A stretch of 64,000 nt of DNA, taken from positions 62,001-126,000 of the forward strand of contig NW_003314365.1 in NCBI RefSeq assembly GCF_000143415.4. The letters are read 5' to 3'. Positions 22,666-35,555 of the stretch are shown piece after piece. The DNA is from Selaginella moellendorffii. Lineage: Eukaryota; Plantae; Lycopodiophyta. Under the pieces are notes generated by a model. It searched no databases. It worked only from the letters and a program-made list of their open reading frames with translations, and was not told the origin of the DNA. Each line of letters begins with the position of its first letter. The stretch's first letter is position 1. A program made the position numbers and the translations under genes.

Positions 22666-23682
22666 TCAGCGGTGGCAGTGAAGTGGAGTTGAATTGTTGG
22701 AGTGTTTGTTGCTGGAGCTGGTGTTGTTGGAGTGAGTTGAGCCTGATTGTTGAGATGTTGGCTTCGGTTTCTTGCTGGGAGTTGCTCCTTTTGATTCTGA
22801 CTGTTCTTCGGAGCTGTCACTTTGTTCTGTGGAGTTTATTTGGGTTGTCCACGGATGTTTGTTGGGAAGAGCTTGGTGTAGAGCGATTAGCAGTGGGAAT
22901 ATTACTGTCCGCATGGTCTGTTTTTTTAGTGTGGCGAGGATGGAGCAGTCGAGAAGCTTGAGAAGGAGCTCGTGGAGATGATGAGCCATGTTCACACGTT
23001 TGCCGTCAAGTAGAGCTCTGTAGACTTCTACTATGCACTTGCCAATGGTGCGATCTATTGGGCGAAGTTTGTAGTAGAGGAGGAGGGCTTTGAGGCGATC
23101 CATATGCTGTTCCTCGATGTCCTCCCATGTGAGCTCACCGGTAATTTCTCGATTGGCCTTGATGATTTGCTGTGGAACTTCTCCTGAAAATTTGAGCAGT
23201 CCCTTGTTGGAGATTTTGAAAACGGAGGCAATTCTTGCTGGGCTGAGGGTGATTTCGTTGGTGCCATCGATTATGGTGCCGTTCTTGGGGTTGAAGGAGG
23301 TGGCCAGCTTCCTCGCTAGTTTTTGATCAGGGTGTGTTGAAAAGGCCTTGTGGAGGAGCTCAAATCCATGGCCCTTGAGCCAGGTGGTTGTGTCGTTGCT
23401 GGGAAGCCTAGGAATATGGTGTATGACGTATCTGAGGCGCCGGGGTGGATGAGTTGGCATCTTTCTCTTCATTTTCAGTGGTTGAAGTGCTCGCCCCGTT
23501 AGGGTTCTTGAAACCTGTAACTGTTGGTTGGCTGATTGTGTGGCGCTCGATTGTTGGTGATGAATGGTAGAGATTTGTTGACGGAATTGATGTGGTTTGA
23601 TTTGGCTTGATTGCAGATCAATGGTGGATATTGCTGATGAAGTTAACTCAAGTTCAACTATTGATATTTGCTCAGGTGGCAT
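22666..23682 (-). CDS. Extra ORF downstream of integrase (E2 copy, 338 aa)
   Basis: Open-frame paralog of 247-1041. Confidence 0.6.
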   Translation of the reverse strand: MPPEQISIVELELTSSAISTIDLQSSQIKPHQFRQQISTIHHQQSSATQSANQQLQVSRTLTGRALQPLKMKRKMPTHPPRRLRYVIHHIPRLPSNDTTTWLKGHGFELLHKAFSTHPDQKLARKLATSFNPKNGTIIDGTNEITLSPARIASVFKISNKGLLKFSGEVPQQIIKANREITGELTWEDIEEQHMDRLKALLLYYKLRPIDRTIGKCIVEVYRALLDGKRVNMAHHLHELLLKLLDCSILATLKKQTMRTVIFPLLIALHQALPNKHPWTTQINSTEQSDSSEEQSESKGATPSKKPKPTSQQSGSTHSNNTSSSNKHSNNSTPLHCHR

Positions 23683-26291
23683 TGATCCAATAGTAGCTTG
23701 GGACTTAGAGATTTTTGCTGCTGTTTATTGCTGAAGTTGGTGGATGAGTTCGTGTTGAGTTGAGTTGAGTTGTGTCGAACTGATTTGAGTTAAAGTTTGT
23801 CTGCTGGGGTGAGTGTCGATTGTTGGTTTTGGGGTGTTTGTCAGTTTGGGTCGGAAATTTGCTGAGGTGCTGATGCTGAATATGTCGATGTGATATGGTC
23901 GAAGCTTGTTGAGGTTGACGATCTCAATGAAGTCTTCAGCGAGTGTGCTGACTTTGGCGGTGCCGTTGGGGTATAGTTCAATGATTTTGAAAGGTCCTTG
24001 CCATTTGGTGTGGAGTTTTCGGCCAAGTTTGCCGATGGGTCCTCGGTATCAAAGAACATGATCGTCGACGTTGTATTTGGGAATGTTATACCGGGATGCT
24101 TGTCAGTCATGCCGAGCTTTTCTCTGTTTTTGGATGGCGTGAAGTGTCCAGAGGGCGTTGAGTCGGAGTTCGTCGAGATGTTCGAGTTGCTGAAGCCTTT
24201 CTCGAACTGCATGTTGCTGTTGCTTTTGCTGTGGCATGTCGGAGAGGTATTGCTTCGGCCCACTTGGTAGTGTAATCGGTGGTGATGATGATGTACTGAT
24301 TTCGTTGACGGGTGCTGACTTGGGGTCCGATGAAGTCGAGTCCCCATTTCTGAAATGGTGCCATTGGGAATGTTGGGTTGAGTTGTTGAGTCTGAGTTTT
24401 TTGGCAGTAATCGGTGTTGGTTGACAGTATGTAGTGTTGGAACTTTTGAAGTGAGTAGATCATGCCAAGAGCTTCTTTCTTGGTGGTGGTGTAATTTCAT
24501 TCAGCTGGGTTGAGTAGTCAGCTGGCGTAGTAGATTGGTTGATCTCGGTTGTTGTGTTGAATTTGGCTGAGAATTGCACTAGTGACAATGTCGGAAGTGT
24601 CGACATGAATGTGGAACTCTTGTGTCCAGTTGGGCTTGGAAAGGATTGATGCTGTTGTTAGTTTGAGTCGGAGATTGTCGAATGCTTGTTGCTGTTCAAA
24701 TGTCCATGTCCATTGGGCATCTTGCTTCAATCCATTGGTGAGTGGTTTGGCAATGTGAGCGTACTTGTGGATGAATCGTCGGTGATATCCGACTTTGCCG
24801 AGGAAGCGCTGAAGTTCTTTGTCGGGGTTGAGTGCTATGTCTTTGTTCTCCTCGCACTTGTTGAGGCATTTCTCCAGGCATTCAAGATGTCGATCTTCTG
24901 AGCTGAAAATGCTAAAGTCGTCCATGAAGACTCTCATGAAGTTGGTGAGGTATTCTCGGAAAGTGTTGGTGACGAGCCTTTGGAAGGTGAATGGGGCATT
25001 GTAGAGTCCAAAAGGCATTCGTCGGTAAGCATAGGCTCCCCATGGACTGATGAATGCTGTCTTGTGCTGATCTTCTTCGGCAATATAAATTTGGTTGTAG
25101 CCAGAGAAACCATCGAGGAAGGAGTACATCTTGTGTCTGGCAACTACGTCAAGAACTTCATTGGTAAACGGTATCAGGAAAACATCTTTTTCAGTGGCGT
25201 CGTTGAGCTGTTTATAGTTGACGCAGATTTGAAGTTTGCCATTTTTCTTCGGCACAACCACCAATGGTGAAAGCCATATCAGATTCTGAATCGGGTAGAT
25301 GTACTTGACTTGGAGAAGCTTGTCGAGTTCTTTCTTTACTTGTTCCATCAGATTCGGATTCATCCGGTAGGCTGCTTGTCTTCTTGGTTTTGATTCTGGA
25401 AGAAGGGTGATGGTGTGAAGGCTGAGTTTTGGCGAAATTCCCTTAAGGTCTCGATAACTCCAAGCAAACAAGTGTTTCTTCTTTCGGAGAAGATTGATGC
25501 CTTTGTCTCGAAAACTTGCCGAGATGTCGGTGGCGAGTACAATGTAGTGTTCGTTGCCGTCGTCGGCAAGGCTAAATTTTTCGAGTTTTTGGTCGGCTGG
25601 AATTGACGGAATGTAGGCAACTTTGTTGTGGTTGTCGACTGTGAATGCTAGTGGCGCTTCGAGTTTTGTATCTCGAGTGACTGAATTTTTCAGTGCTGAT
25701 GTAATTGGGGGTCGTTCTCATTGGAAGTCGGCGACAATTCGGAAGAGGTCGATCTCGGCCAAAGGTTCGAGATCAGGGTAGGCTTTGAGAATTTGTTGTT
25801 CTTCATAGTCGTCGAGGCCATCTTCGAGATTATATTCTTCCAAGTCAATAGGTCGGTTGTGGCTGGACAGCGATTTGGTCGCTTTTGTAGACACAGTTGT
25901 CGGTCTGTCTGGTCTGCGAAGGATAAGATTGTCATTGGGCCAATCTTGATAAACTTGGGCAGTTCGGAGCCAAGGTCAACCGAGGAAAATTGAGTATCCA
26001 TTGGTCTGCTCTGGTAGTTTGAGGATGACATAGTTGACTGGTATTTCGACGCCTTGAATGGTGGGGTTGACTTTTCGGATGATGCCTTTGGGTTGAATAG
26101 ATCGGTGGTCGGCTATTCGGACATTGAAAGGTGCTGGGTGGACTGGGTCGATGTTGAGTTGTTGAACAAGACTTTCTTCAATAATATTAACGCTAGAGCC
26201 GCCGTCAATTATGGCTCCTCGAACAAGGTGTTGTCGAGTCGTAGGTCAATTGTCGGAACATCATTATGACAATCGCTTGGTTGAATCTCAG

Positions 26292-27833
26292 TGTGAGACA
26301 CAAAATCCCTAGGCCCCAAAGTGGAGCCGAAAGGGTGCCATGTGGTGGTGGCCGAAGCGAAAGCCAAACGAGCGTAACACGTTTGGACTAAAAGCTCTGA
26401 CTTCAAAGGTCGAGAGCGGGAGTGGAACTCCCAACAAAGTGCTCAAGGAATGAGCACGAAGCGAGCCATAAGCGAGGCTCTACAAAGGGACCCGAGATGG
26501 AGTCCGAGATGGACGCGAGATGGAGTCCGAGATGGACCCGAGATGGAGTCCGAGATGGACCTGAGATGGAGTCCGAGATGGAGTCCGAGATGGACCCGAG
26601 ATGGAGTCCGAGATGGACCCGAGATGGAGTCCGTGATGGAGTCCGAGATGGACCCGAGATGGAGTCTGAGATGGACCCGAGATGGAGTCCGAGATGGACC
26701 CAAGATGGAGTCTGAGATGGAGTCCGAGATGGAACCGAGACCGGGACCGAGACTGAGACCAAGACCGAGACTGAGTCCGAGTCCGAGTTCGAGTCCGAGT
26801 CCGAGCCCGAATACTAATACAGGCAGTTGGGTGAAAGCCCAAAGCGTGCGTCTCCCAGGGAGGGGGGGCTGCGCGGGGTTCCAAAAGTATAGTAGGGAGA
26901 GTGTGGGGGTTGGAGCCCAGTGGAGCCAGTTTGGCCAGGAAAGGCCAGTTTGGCCTAGGAAGGCTAGACCCAGTGTTGGGTGATGAGTTGACCATTGGGA
27001 AGTCCAAGACTAGAGTGAACACGAACGGACAAGCGGGATAGCTTGGTGAAGTGTTCAAGAGCCGGCTCTAGTTCCCCCGGAAGATCGACTGGCTGATGCT
27101 CCCAGTCCAAGTGTGGGTGGCACTACCTACTTGGATACCAGGCGTGGCTCAACGGAACCTCGCTCTAAGCCCATGGCTAGAGCACCCAAAGGTGGAAGGC
27201 GGGGAGAGTACCCAGGTGGCTTGCGTAAGGCCACGGTGTTCCGAAATGTTGTCCCAAAGGCCCAGACTATGGAAAGGAAGAGGAGCAGTCCTCTGGGGTA
27301 GTGACCAAGGACACAGTCATGGGGAGAGGAAGTCCCAGAGGACCGTGGGACTTAGTGGTCGGGCCTGTGGGCCTCGATCCAGTGGCAGTGTTGGCAAACA
27401 CGGCCAGGGGCAGAAAGGGATTTAGTGGGGACTGATAGAGGGATATTGGGGAAGGCTGTTCCCCTTATCGGTGGGCATCCTAAGGATGCTAAGGAGTGGA
27501 TTTGAGATGACCACTCACGAATGGTTTGCCTAGTCTTGGAGAGCCAAGACTGTGATGCAAGTGGTGTTGGACTACCAATGTGGCAAAGGTGATTGAGCAT
27601 GGCCTTAGCGTAACAGGCTGCTATATCGGTGGTACCTTTGAGTGTCGGTCATGGGATCAGACACATGGAGCACTTGGACCAGGTGTAAGGGTTGAGTGGC
27701 ATGGATGCCATTCTTGGGGCTAGCAAGTCCCAAGTCTTGGATTGGACTTATGGAGGTTGTGAATGAGACTCCTCCAAGTGGTCGGAGGTGTGGTTAAGTG
27801 ACTAAAGTAGAATGGAAAATTTAGTCGCTTACA
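26292..27833. mobile_element. Probable solo LTR (1542 bp) of an unrelated family nested in E2, at the start of the protease region
   Basis: Termini TGTGAG...CTTACA; 5-bp TSD CTCAG (26287-26291) / CTTAG (27834-27838); absent in E1, E3 and E4; no coding domain. Confidence 0.85.
26488..26810. repeat. Minisatellite of CCGAGATGGAGT (12 bp) and CCGAGATGGAC (11 bp) units, then CCGAGA/CCGAGT hexamers
   Basis: Directly visible tandem units. Confidence 0.95.
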
Positions 27834-30800
27834 CTTAGTTCAAAATGTGTCAATAGCTGTCTGTGTCCAGTTGAGTGTGGGCGAGTCTGTCAAAGTGTTG
27901 GTCTGTGCAGATGTTAGATTGGTGAGCTGTTTGGTGAGGTAGGATGCAATCTTCAGCAGTTGGCCGATGGTGATCTGAATATTTTGGTTGAGGATAGTCT
28001 CTGCTACTTCTTGGATTTTGTCGAAGTTTGCTGAATTGTGTTCTGGTGTCAGTGTCAATGTTGGACGATTTGTCTGTCGGTTTTCTGGTACTGAGTCTTG
28101 GCATTGTTGTCGAGCTGGTGATGGTTGAGCTTCATTGTCGGAGTCTAAAATCACTAATTCGGGTGGTTGTAGAGCGAGTTGCCGTTATATCTTGGTAGCT
28201 AACTTCTGCTTCTTTTCCCATTCCCGGAGTTTTGTCAGGCTCTCAGGGCCTTTCTCTTTACTATCTCCGGAATCTCTGTCTGGTTGTTGTTGTTTTTCTG
28301 CTCGAATTTGTGCTCGGGTTTGTACTACCATGACTTGAGGATCTGAGTCATCATTGTCAGCATAAGGTAGTTCGTCGGTCTCGACCATCTTTGTTGCTGG
28401 TGGTTGCTGCTGGTTTTGATCTTGTTGTCGAGGAGGCGGTGGACCAAGTCTCGGCGGACCGCCTTGGTTTTGAAGTCGAGGTTGCCATGCTCGGTTGTTA
28501 CAATTGCCTTGGTAGCCATGGTCTTGATAACCTTGGCCTTGGTATCTTCGGTTTTGGTATCTTGGGTATTGTTGGTATCCTTGGTTGTAGTTGTCTCGGT
28601 TTGCTGGGTAGTTCCAGTTCGGCGGGTGTTGTTGATCGTTGTAGTTGTTGTTGTAGTTGTTGTTGTAATTGTTGTAATTATTGTAGCGAGGTTGATCATT
28701 CCATTGTCGACTCTGGTGTTGGAAGTTGTTTCTTAGCAATCTCCAGTTTGTTGGAGGTGGTGGCTGGTAATTGTTGAAGTATTGATTTGGATATGGTTTT
28801 TGAAATTGCTGTCGGGGATAGTTCGAGACTTGTCAAACTTCTGGAGAATTTCAAAATCTGCAAGTTTTGGCATCATGACCTTCTTTGGTACAGATCTGGC
28901 ATTTGGAGATTTGGAGCTTGTAGTCACTTGCCAGATGTCCTTCGTTCTTGCACTTAGTACACCAAATTCTAGATCAAAATTCTTTGATGTCGGCCTTGGC
29001 TTTTCCCTTGAGCTTGTCGATTGTTTTCTTGAGTTTCCGAAGTTTTGACTTGGTGCTCTCTCCAAGTTCATCTCGGAGTTGTTGTCCGAACTGCTATCAG
29101 AATCTGAGTTATCTGTGTCATCTACTTGTGCTGTCATTCGTCGAGCTTGAACATCTTGATGGGCTCTTGTGAGTTCGAGATAAGTGGCAACGTTGATGTG
29201 CATTGCTGCTTCTCAGAGGGATCGTTGGAGTCCTTGCATGTACCATTGGTAAAGTAATGTTTCGGTGGCACTGTTGCCTCATTTGCTAGCATGTTGAGTG
29301 AAGGTTTGAGTGTAGTTGTCGATGGATTGACCAGACTTCTACTTGAGTTTTTGGATCTTGTGATTGAGTGAGGGAAGACTTGAATTGGTCTATGAGCTTG
29401 AGTGCGAGGTCGTTGAAACTTGTATTTTGAGGAAGCGTTTGAGCCCATTTGTTGGCTCTCTTTCGAAAGGGTACATCAGAAATAGTATGGAAGTTCAGTC
29501 GTCTGGCTGTTGATTTGGATTGCTTCTCGGAACTGTTCAACATGTTTCTTGGCATCTTCTGACTTCAGACCATGAAATAGTGGATAAGAGACGTGTCTTC
29601 CGATAGGTATGTTGGCGACGGCGGTAGTGACTGCCATTTGCTGTTGGTAGTAATGTTGGTATTGTCGAGGTTGTTTTGTCAGGTTGTCACCATGGAGTCC
29701 TAAGGTGATTTGTAGCAAGGGGTTGTCGAGGTCAATAGCAAAGTTGGTGTAAGAAGAAGGTGGTGAATTGTTGTTGTTATTTAGTGGACTCTTCTCTGTT
29801 TTTTCTTCTATGTTGGGACTGTTTTTGGGTGTGTCATTGACGTCGTCGTCAGTATCGGGTTGCTTGCCGGTGTTGATTTTTGGAAGATGGTGCTCAAACT
29901 TGTTGTCGATGTATTTGTCAGAGTTATGTTGTCTTGGTTGTGGTTGTTCTTCTAAATTGTCAAAGAGTTCTTCGAATGTATAGTTGTGTGGTGATTGTGG
30001 TTGCTGTGGAAGATTGTTGTCGTCGTCGACGATTGGTTTGTCGATCTCGTTGTTGTTTGATGATTGGAGCTGTTTGGCAGTTTGGTGTGAGTTGTTGACA
30101 TCGAGTGCTTGACTATTGGACGATTCAGGTTGTTCATCTTTACTGCTGTTGACTGAGTATATCGGAGTGCGACTGTAATTGGTGAAGTCGAGTTGTTGTC
30201 TCGTCAGCGTGTTGAAGTTGAAAGCGTGTTCGAAAGGTCTTGCTGATAGTGGGCTTCGGTAGATGTTGGAAGCAAATGTGGGATATATTGGTGTTGTGAA
30301 TATCGGTCAGTATGGTGAAAATGGTGTTGGTCTGGTGAAGTCTGTGAAGCTGGGTGGGAAACTTGGTCGTTCGTCATCACTGTAGATGGGGTTGGTGAAT
30401 GTACCTTTGAAGTGGTTGTATGCTGCTTGAAAAATGTTTTGTTGCTCGGGCGTAGTCTGTGTCGACTGCTCAAATGTTCGGTCGGGCTCAGGCACTTTGG
30501 TGGGTGCTGTCGAGGGTGTTGATTTAGGCTCGGGCACTTCGGTGGGTGCCATCGAGGGTGCTGCCGGTGGTGTGTCTAGTGGTGTTGTGTACTCGTCGTA
30601 TTCTTCGCAAATGTCCAATACTGGTTTGTTGGAGTTAGCTCGCGGTAATAATTTGTGTCGGATGTAATTCTCTCTCTTGGAGGGTTTAACAATTTGATTC
30701 AACTTCTCTTAGTCTTTCTTTCTCTTTGTTTATAAATTCTTCAAATCTCTATCTAAACTTCGGATAAGCCGTTGTCGGTCTTCTTCCGACTTTCTGGATG

Positions 30801-31928
30801 TTCTTCGTGGTTTTGGATACATGCATTCTTCTACTGGTTGTTGGTGTCAGATTTGTGTCTGCAGTCAATCATGCAGTTCGGGTAGAACTTCGGGAAGACT
30901 GTCGGCAGGCCAATTGTCGATAAAGTCGTTGTGAGGTTGTTATTTCTTTTCTATGCAAATATTGACGGTGGTGCGTGTTGGGTTGTGTTCAGCCGAGTTG
31001 TGTTGGGTCGAGTGTGCTGGTGCAGTATGCAGACTGGTCTTCCACTTGCTGGTGCCGAGATGGAGTTTGATGAAGAGTTTCGGATATTTGGGTTTGTCTG
31101 GAATGATTTCTTCAATAATGTCGTCGAGTTGTTCGAGTCCAGATTGGGTGATGGCGTGATTGGCAAGAGTTGTTGCAGCGAACGTGTTGATTTTGAACCG
31201 AGTTCGGACTGTTGTTTTGGTGCTGAGCTGCTGACTCTATCGGAGGGGTTGTCGAAAAATTGGTGGTGCGTTGTCAAGTTGTCCCTCGACAAGTTCTCTG
31301 ATACCGGGTAATAGAGTGATGGGTTCGTTGTTGGTGTAGGTTCTGAGGATGTGCTTCGGTATTTGGAGTGGACGCAGGAATTGGAATTGTGTCGGAGCAC
31401 TAGGATTGCTGGGTCGACGACTGCACGGAAGATGAGTTCGTTTCAGTAGTGGTGTCGGTTTGTGTCGAGCGCGCTGGTTGAGGTCTCGAGCTTGGAGTGG
31501 GTGGTCTTGTGCTCGGAGATGGAGTTCGCCAATGAAGCTGTTGAGGGTGTCCGCTGATGAAGGTGCTGGTAGATTGGAGTTTCTTGTCAAAGAGGGCTGT
31601 TGGTGGTCTTTGTTGGTGATTGGACTCAGAGATTGAGTGAGAGAGCTTTCAGATTCTGCAAAGATCTCCTCTGAGAAGGGTCTGCCTCTACTGCGTTGGG
31701 CGGCGATCACTTGGACGCCATTGATCCATATTGGTGGTGGCATTTGTTTGTTGAATTTGGGCGAATTGGGTGGCGAATTGGGTAGCAAATTGGGTGGCAA
31801 ATTGGGTAGCGAATTTTGGCGAGTTGGGTAGATTGCTTGATCGTTCTTGCTATCTGCGCACAAAGAATGGAGAAAGAATGGAAGAATTTGTGAACCTAAA
31901 AGGGAATTCAAAAGCCATGGTTGCCAAA

Positions 31929-32223
31929 TGAAGAGGTGTGAAAACTCCTCTTGGCTGGAAATCTATTGTTAGTAAGAAAACAAAAGAGAAAAAAGCCCAA
32001 TCTCCAAGGGCAGAGAAGAAGCATGAGAAAAAGAATGCTATGTATTAATAAGAAAAATGATGGAATGGAGATAGGGATCCACAATTCGGATTCCCCCTTT
32101 TGAAAGGCTAGTGGTTCTAACTGCTAGCATATACTATATGCTGTGCATGATTTAATCTATGGCTCCGATGCAACCCTGGGTTCAAAGTCGGAGTCCCCTG
32201 AGCCTGGGTTTTTGGTTAATACA
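31929..32223 (-). repeat. 5' LTR of E2 (295 bp)
   Basis: About 18 substitutions in 295 bp against the 3' LTR of E2 (manual count). Confidence 0.95.
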
Positions 32224-32929
32224 CGATGTGTCGAGTGTAGTGTTTTGCGTAAGCTTGTGGGTGTGACTAGGCTAGTGGAGTCATGTTTTAAAGCTTCTCC
32301 TTGTCCCTTACCATGCTCGCAGTGGCTTAACGTACCCATGAGCAGTTGAGGGACTTCTTCAAACCTCACAGATCCTTGTGTTGTATCATCGCCTCGCTTG
32401 CCATGCTTCTTCTCTTGTCAGCCATCAGCTATGCAGAGTCTAAACCTGCAAGCAGCTCTTGAGGAATTGTTTGCTCTCACCTGATGCTCGATCAAGGCTC
32501 TCACAACGTACTCGGGACTAGACTACAGTGGATATCACTGATGCAACAAGCTTTAGGTTCCGAGTCTAAGTTAGTTGCACCAACTCAAAGATGTTCTGTT
32601 CTGTTTCATGGTTTTGAACATGGTTTTTCTATAGGAACAAGCATCAGACTGGAAGCTTTTGGGTGGTGTCTTGATGAATTAAGCTCCCCGAGGGTTTCAT
32701 CTTGCGAAGAAGAGAGAAACAACTACCCCCAACCTTCAGCACTCTTGACATTTCCAGATGCCTTGCAACTCGAATCTCTTGGGCAGAACGCACCGGTGCT
32801 CTTGAGGGGGGTGCCTGGATCAAATCAAACTGATGGGAAACATTCGCGTGCTAGCTGAGCGCCATGCCCAGAATTTCAAGAAACGATTCATGAAAGTAAC
32901 AAACACGTTAACAAGCTATTAATGCATAA

Positions 32930-33021
32930 TTTGGACGGGAACCTGTTGGCCGGATATCTGGCTCGAATAAAAACAATTATTGGCAAGGTCACAGGTTCGA
33001 ACCCACAGCCAGAGACCCAAT
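32930..33021 (+). repeat. ~92-bp tRNA-like/SINE-like repeat. Plus copies 13554-13631, 14629-14721, 32930-33021, 34027-34115, 48748-48839, 49853-49930; minus copies 10368-10460, 34782-34874, 50526-50611
   Basis: TTTGGACGGGAACCTGTTGGCCGGATATCTGGCT...AAGGTCACAGGTTCGAA(T/C)CCACAGCCAGAGACCCAAT, containing a Pol III B box. Confidence 0.7.
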
Positions 33022-34129
33022 TAAATTTTACTTCGCTTGCGCAAGGCACCTGGGTCTTTATGGAATTCGCTGGAGTGCTTGAGCAGCAGCAGCAGCCACG
33101 ATGATCATGGTCAGTGTGTCGATCTAGCCCAGACTCTTCCTTTTGCTTTAAAGTCATGCTGGAACGCGTCTCAGCATTGCTCGCTTGAACGCCAACAGGT
33201 TTGGACGAGGAGAGGAGCTTAAACTTGCAGCCCGCGTGACTCGCAATGCAGCCTTGTCTACGAAAGTATCATTGCATTTCAGCTAGAGGGGGTGTCCAAG
33301 TTTGAATCCACCACTAGCTCCTCCTACATGCTTCGTCAAAATAGCGAATCGCCGAGGACTACTGACGACCTGGATAACGATACGCTGCTCCACACTTTCG
33401 AGCAGCGTTTGACTGCCACGCTTGTGCCAACCTCATGTAAGAAAGAGTGGAGCTGAGCGAGAGCGTAGCCTTTCTTCTCGACGTGGGTCCTTGCAGAGCA
33501 TTGTGTTGTATCATTCCACCGCTTGTCATGCTTCTTCTTTGCTCTCACCTGACGCTCGATCAAGGCTCTCACAGGCTGCAGTGAATAACAAAGGAATCAC
33601 TGGTGCATCAACCCTCAGGTTCTGAGTCTAATCAGTTGCACCAAATCAGGGATGTGCCTCTCGTGTTTTTGGGAGTGAGTATTTAATTTCATGGTCTTGA
33701 ACATGGCCAGAGGATTTGATCTTGCAAAGAAGAGAGAAACAAATAAATACCCCAACCTCCAGCACTCTTGACATTTCCAGATGCCTCTCAACTCTGCTCT
33801 TCAAGAGGGTGGTTGGATCAAATCAAACTTGCTCATTTTCCAGAAACTTTTCTTGTTCCGAGAAACAAATTTTGCTCCAAAAAAATTCCTGGAACCAAGA
33901 AGAGAGGCTTGGAAACGTTCGCGCGAACTTGCCCACGTGATTGATACGGAACAAGAAATCAGCACGCGTGCCATTCACTCAAAATCAATAACAAGCGAAA
34001 CACTTTAACAGGCTATTAATGTTTAATTTGGACGGGAACCTGTTGGCCGGATATCTGGCTAGAATAAAGAAATTTATTGGCAAGGTCACAGGTTCGAATC
34101 CACAGCCAGAGAACCACCTAAACACACTT

Positions 34130-34770
34130 TTTTCAAGTGTAGGCGATGTTGGAGTTTCTCCGCGATATTGGAATTTCCTTGTTTCTTCCTCCCGCAGGCT
34201 CGAGAGACAAAAAAGACAGTGGTCGATCTAGCCCAGAAACAAAGGATCCTGGAATGTGTCTCTCGCTTGGAACGATAATAGATTTGGAGGAGGAACTTGC
34301 GCCTCGCGTGACTCGCAATGCAGCCTTGTTACGATCGCACAGAGTGCTGCAGACTGCCAAGGAAGAACACGAACGCTGAGCGGCACACTCTGCAAGCTGG
34401 AACGCGAGCGATTGAGCGGAGCAGAGACAGGACACGACCCTGGACATCGGTTTACCGATGCCCAAGAGTTTTGGCAACCTTCGAATGGCTGTGAGTCATG
34501 ATCTCCAGCCCAGAGGACAGGTCCAACTAGCATCGGACTTTTCCCCACTCTTTCATTCTCCAGCGCTGAAATTTGGCTCGACACTGGCCTCGTCTAGCTT
34601 CCCAGATCTCCCCAGCAGATCCACCAAGCATCTTAAGTTTTCCATGATCGTGGACTTGCTGTAGTTTTGGGCTATGGACGACAAGTAGTTCTCATCCCGA
34701 GATGACTGCAGGCAGAAGACCTCGCTCTGATCACAGTAGCTTGCAAGATGCAAAGGAGGGAGAAACGTTG
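34130..34770 (-). pseudogene. C-terminal PLS-PPR fragment between inverted tRNA-like repeats (also ~49940-50515; deleted in spacer B)
   Basis: CLVDLLGRSGKLDEA, and an E+-like WAGDH motif in an adjacent frame. Confidence 0.7.
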
Positions 34771-35555
34771 CAAAATTTTTTGATTGGGTCTCTGGCTGTG
34801 GATTCGAACCTGTGACCTTGCCAATATATTTGTTTATTCTAGCCAGATATCCGGCCATCGGGTTCCCGTCCAAATCGGACACTAATTGCTTCTTAACGAT
34901 ATCATACCTTCACCATAACGGCGCAAGCTCTCGCTCATTTCTAAGCATCCTTTCTAAACCTGTGGGAACGTTTTATAAGGCTGTCATCCTTTCTGCGGTT
35001 GTCAAGCTCAAGAAAGAAACCATTATGGAATGAACATTTCACCACTGAATCCCTGGGATAACCTACCTTTTCTTCTTTTGAGAAACAAGGTTTCCCTAAC
35101 GACTGAATGTCCGAAGATGGCTTGTTTGAGCATTGAAGATTAAATTGATCCAGGCACGCTCTTGATTAGCAGCAAAGTTAAGAGTACAAGGCTGGAGGTA
35201 CTTGTCTGTTCTTTCAAATCCTGGGGAGCTTGAGATTTCATCAAGGGGCTTTCTTGTCGTGTTCTATCCAAGTTTGATGCTTGTTCCTAGCAGCAACAGG
35301 AAAAAATCCATGAAATTTCAAGTCACACCCTGTGTGAAGAAGAGGGGGCAATGCATGGAAAGTACTCGGGGAAAAGGTGACTGTCCACAACAAGAGTATT
35401 TAGAGCAAAAAGGGCGAAAGATGAACTGTGGGAAAGCAATGCTTTCACTGCAACGTATATCCCTTGTGCCCTGCTGATCAATCCAAAAGCCACAACACTG
35501 GTGGTAGTGCAGCAGCTCCTCCGTCCCACGTTTAAATTCTACAAGCTCTTGCCAG

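Larger units (their letters stand above)
23875..29640 (-). pseudogene. gag-pol of E2, fragmented and split by a solo LTR
   Basis: Same motifs; RT ORF 24518-25471; gag start region YPLFHGLKSEDAKKHVEQF at 29476-29718. Confidence 0.92.
18461..32223 (-). mobile_element. Ty3/Gypsy LTR retrotransposon copy E2, both LTRs present, two nested insertions
   Basis: LTRs 18461-18755 and 31929-32223 (TG...CA); flanks CAATG (18456-18460) and CGATG (32224-32228); PPT and PBS present. Confidence 0.96.

Noticed and set aside
26488-26810. CRISPR array or repeat-protein ORFs (26422-27058)
   Set aside because: Contiguous 11/12-bp units with no unique spacers, in a eukaryotic context; the ORFs are repeat artefacts.
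34027-34874. Self-contained Pack-MULE with 92-bp TIRs around a PPR fragment
   Set aside because: No 8-11 bp TSD found, and homology continues outward into the F-box relics, so the repeats belong to larger modules.
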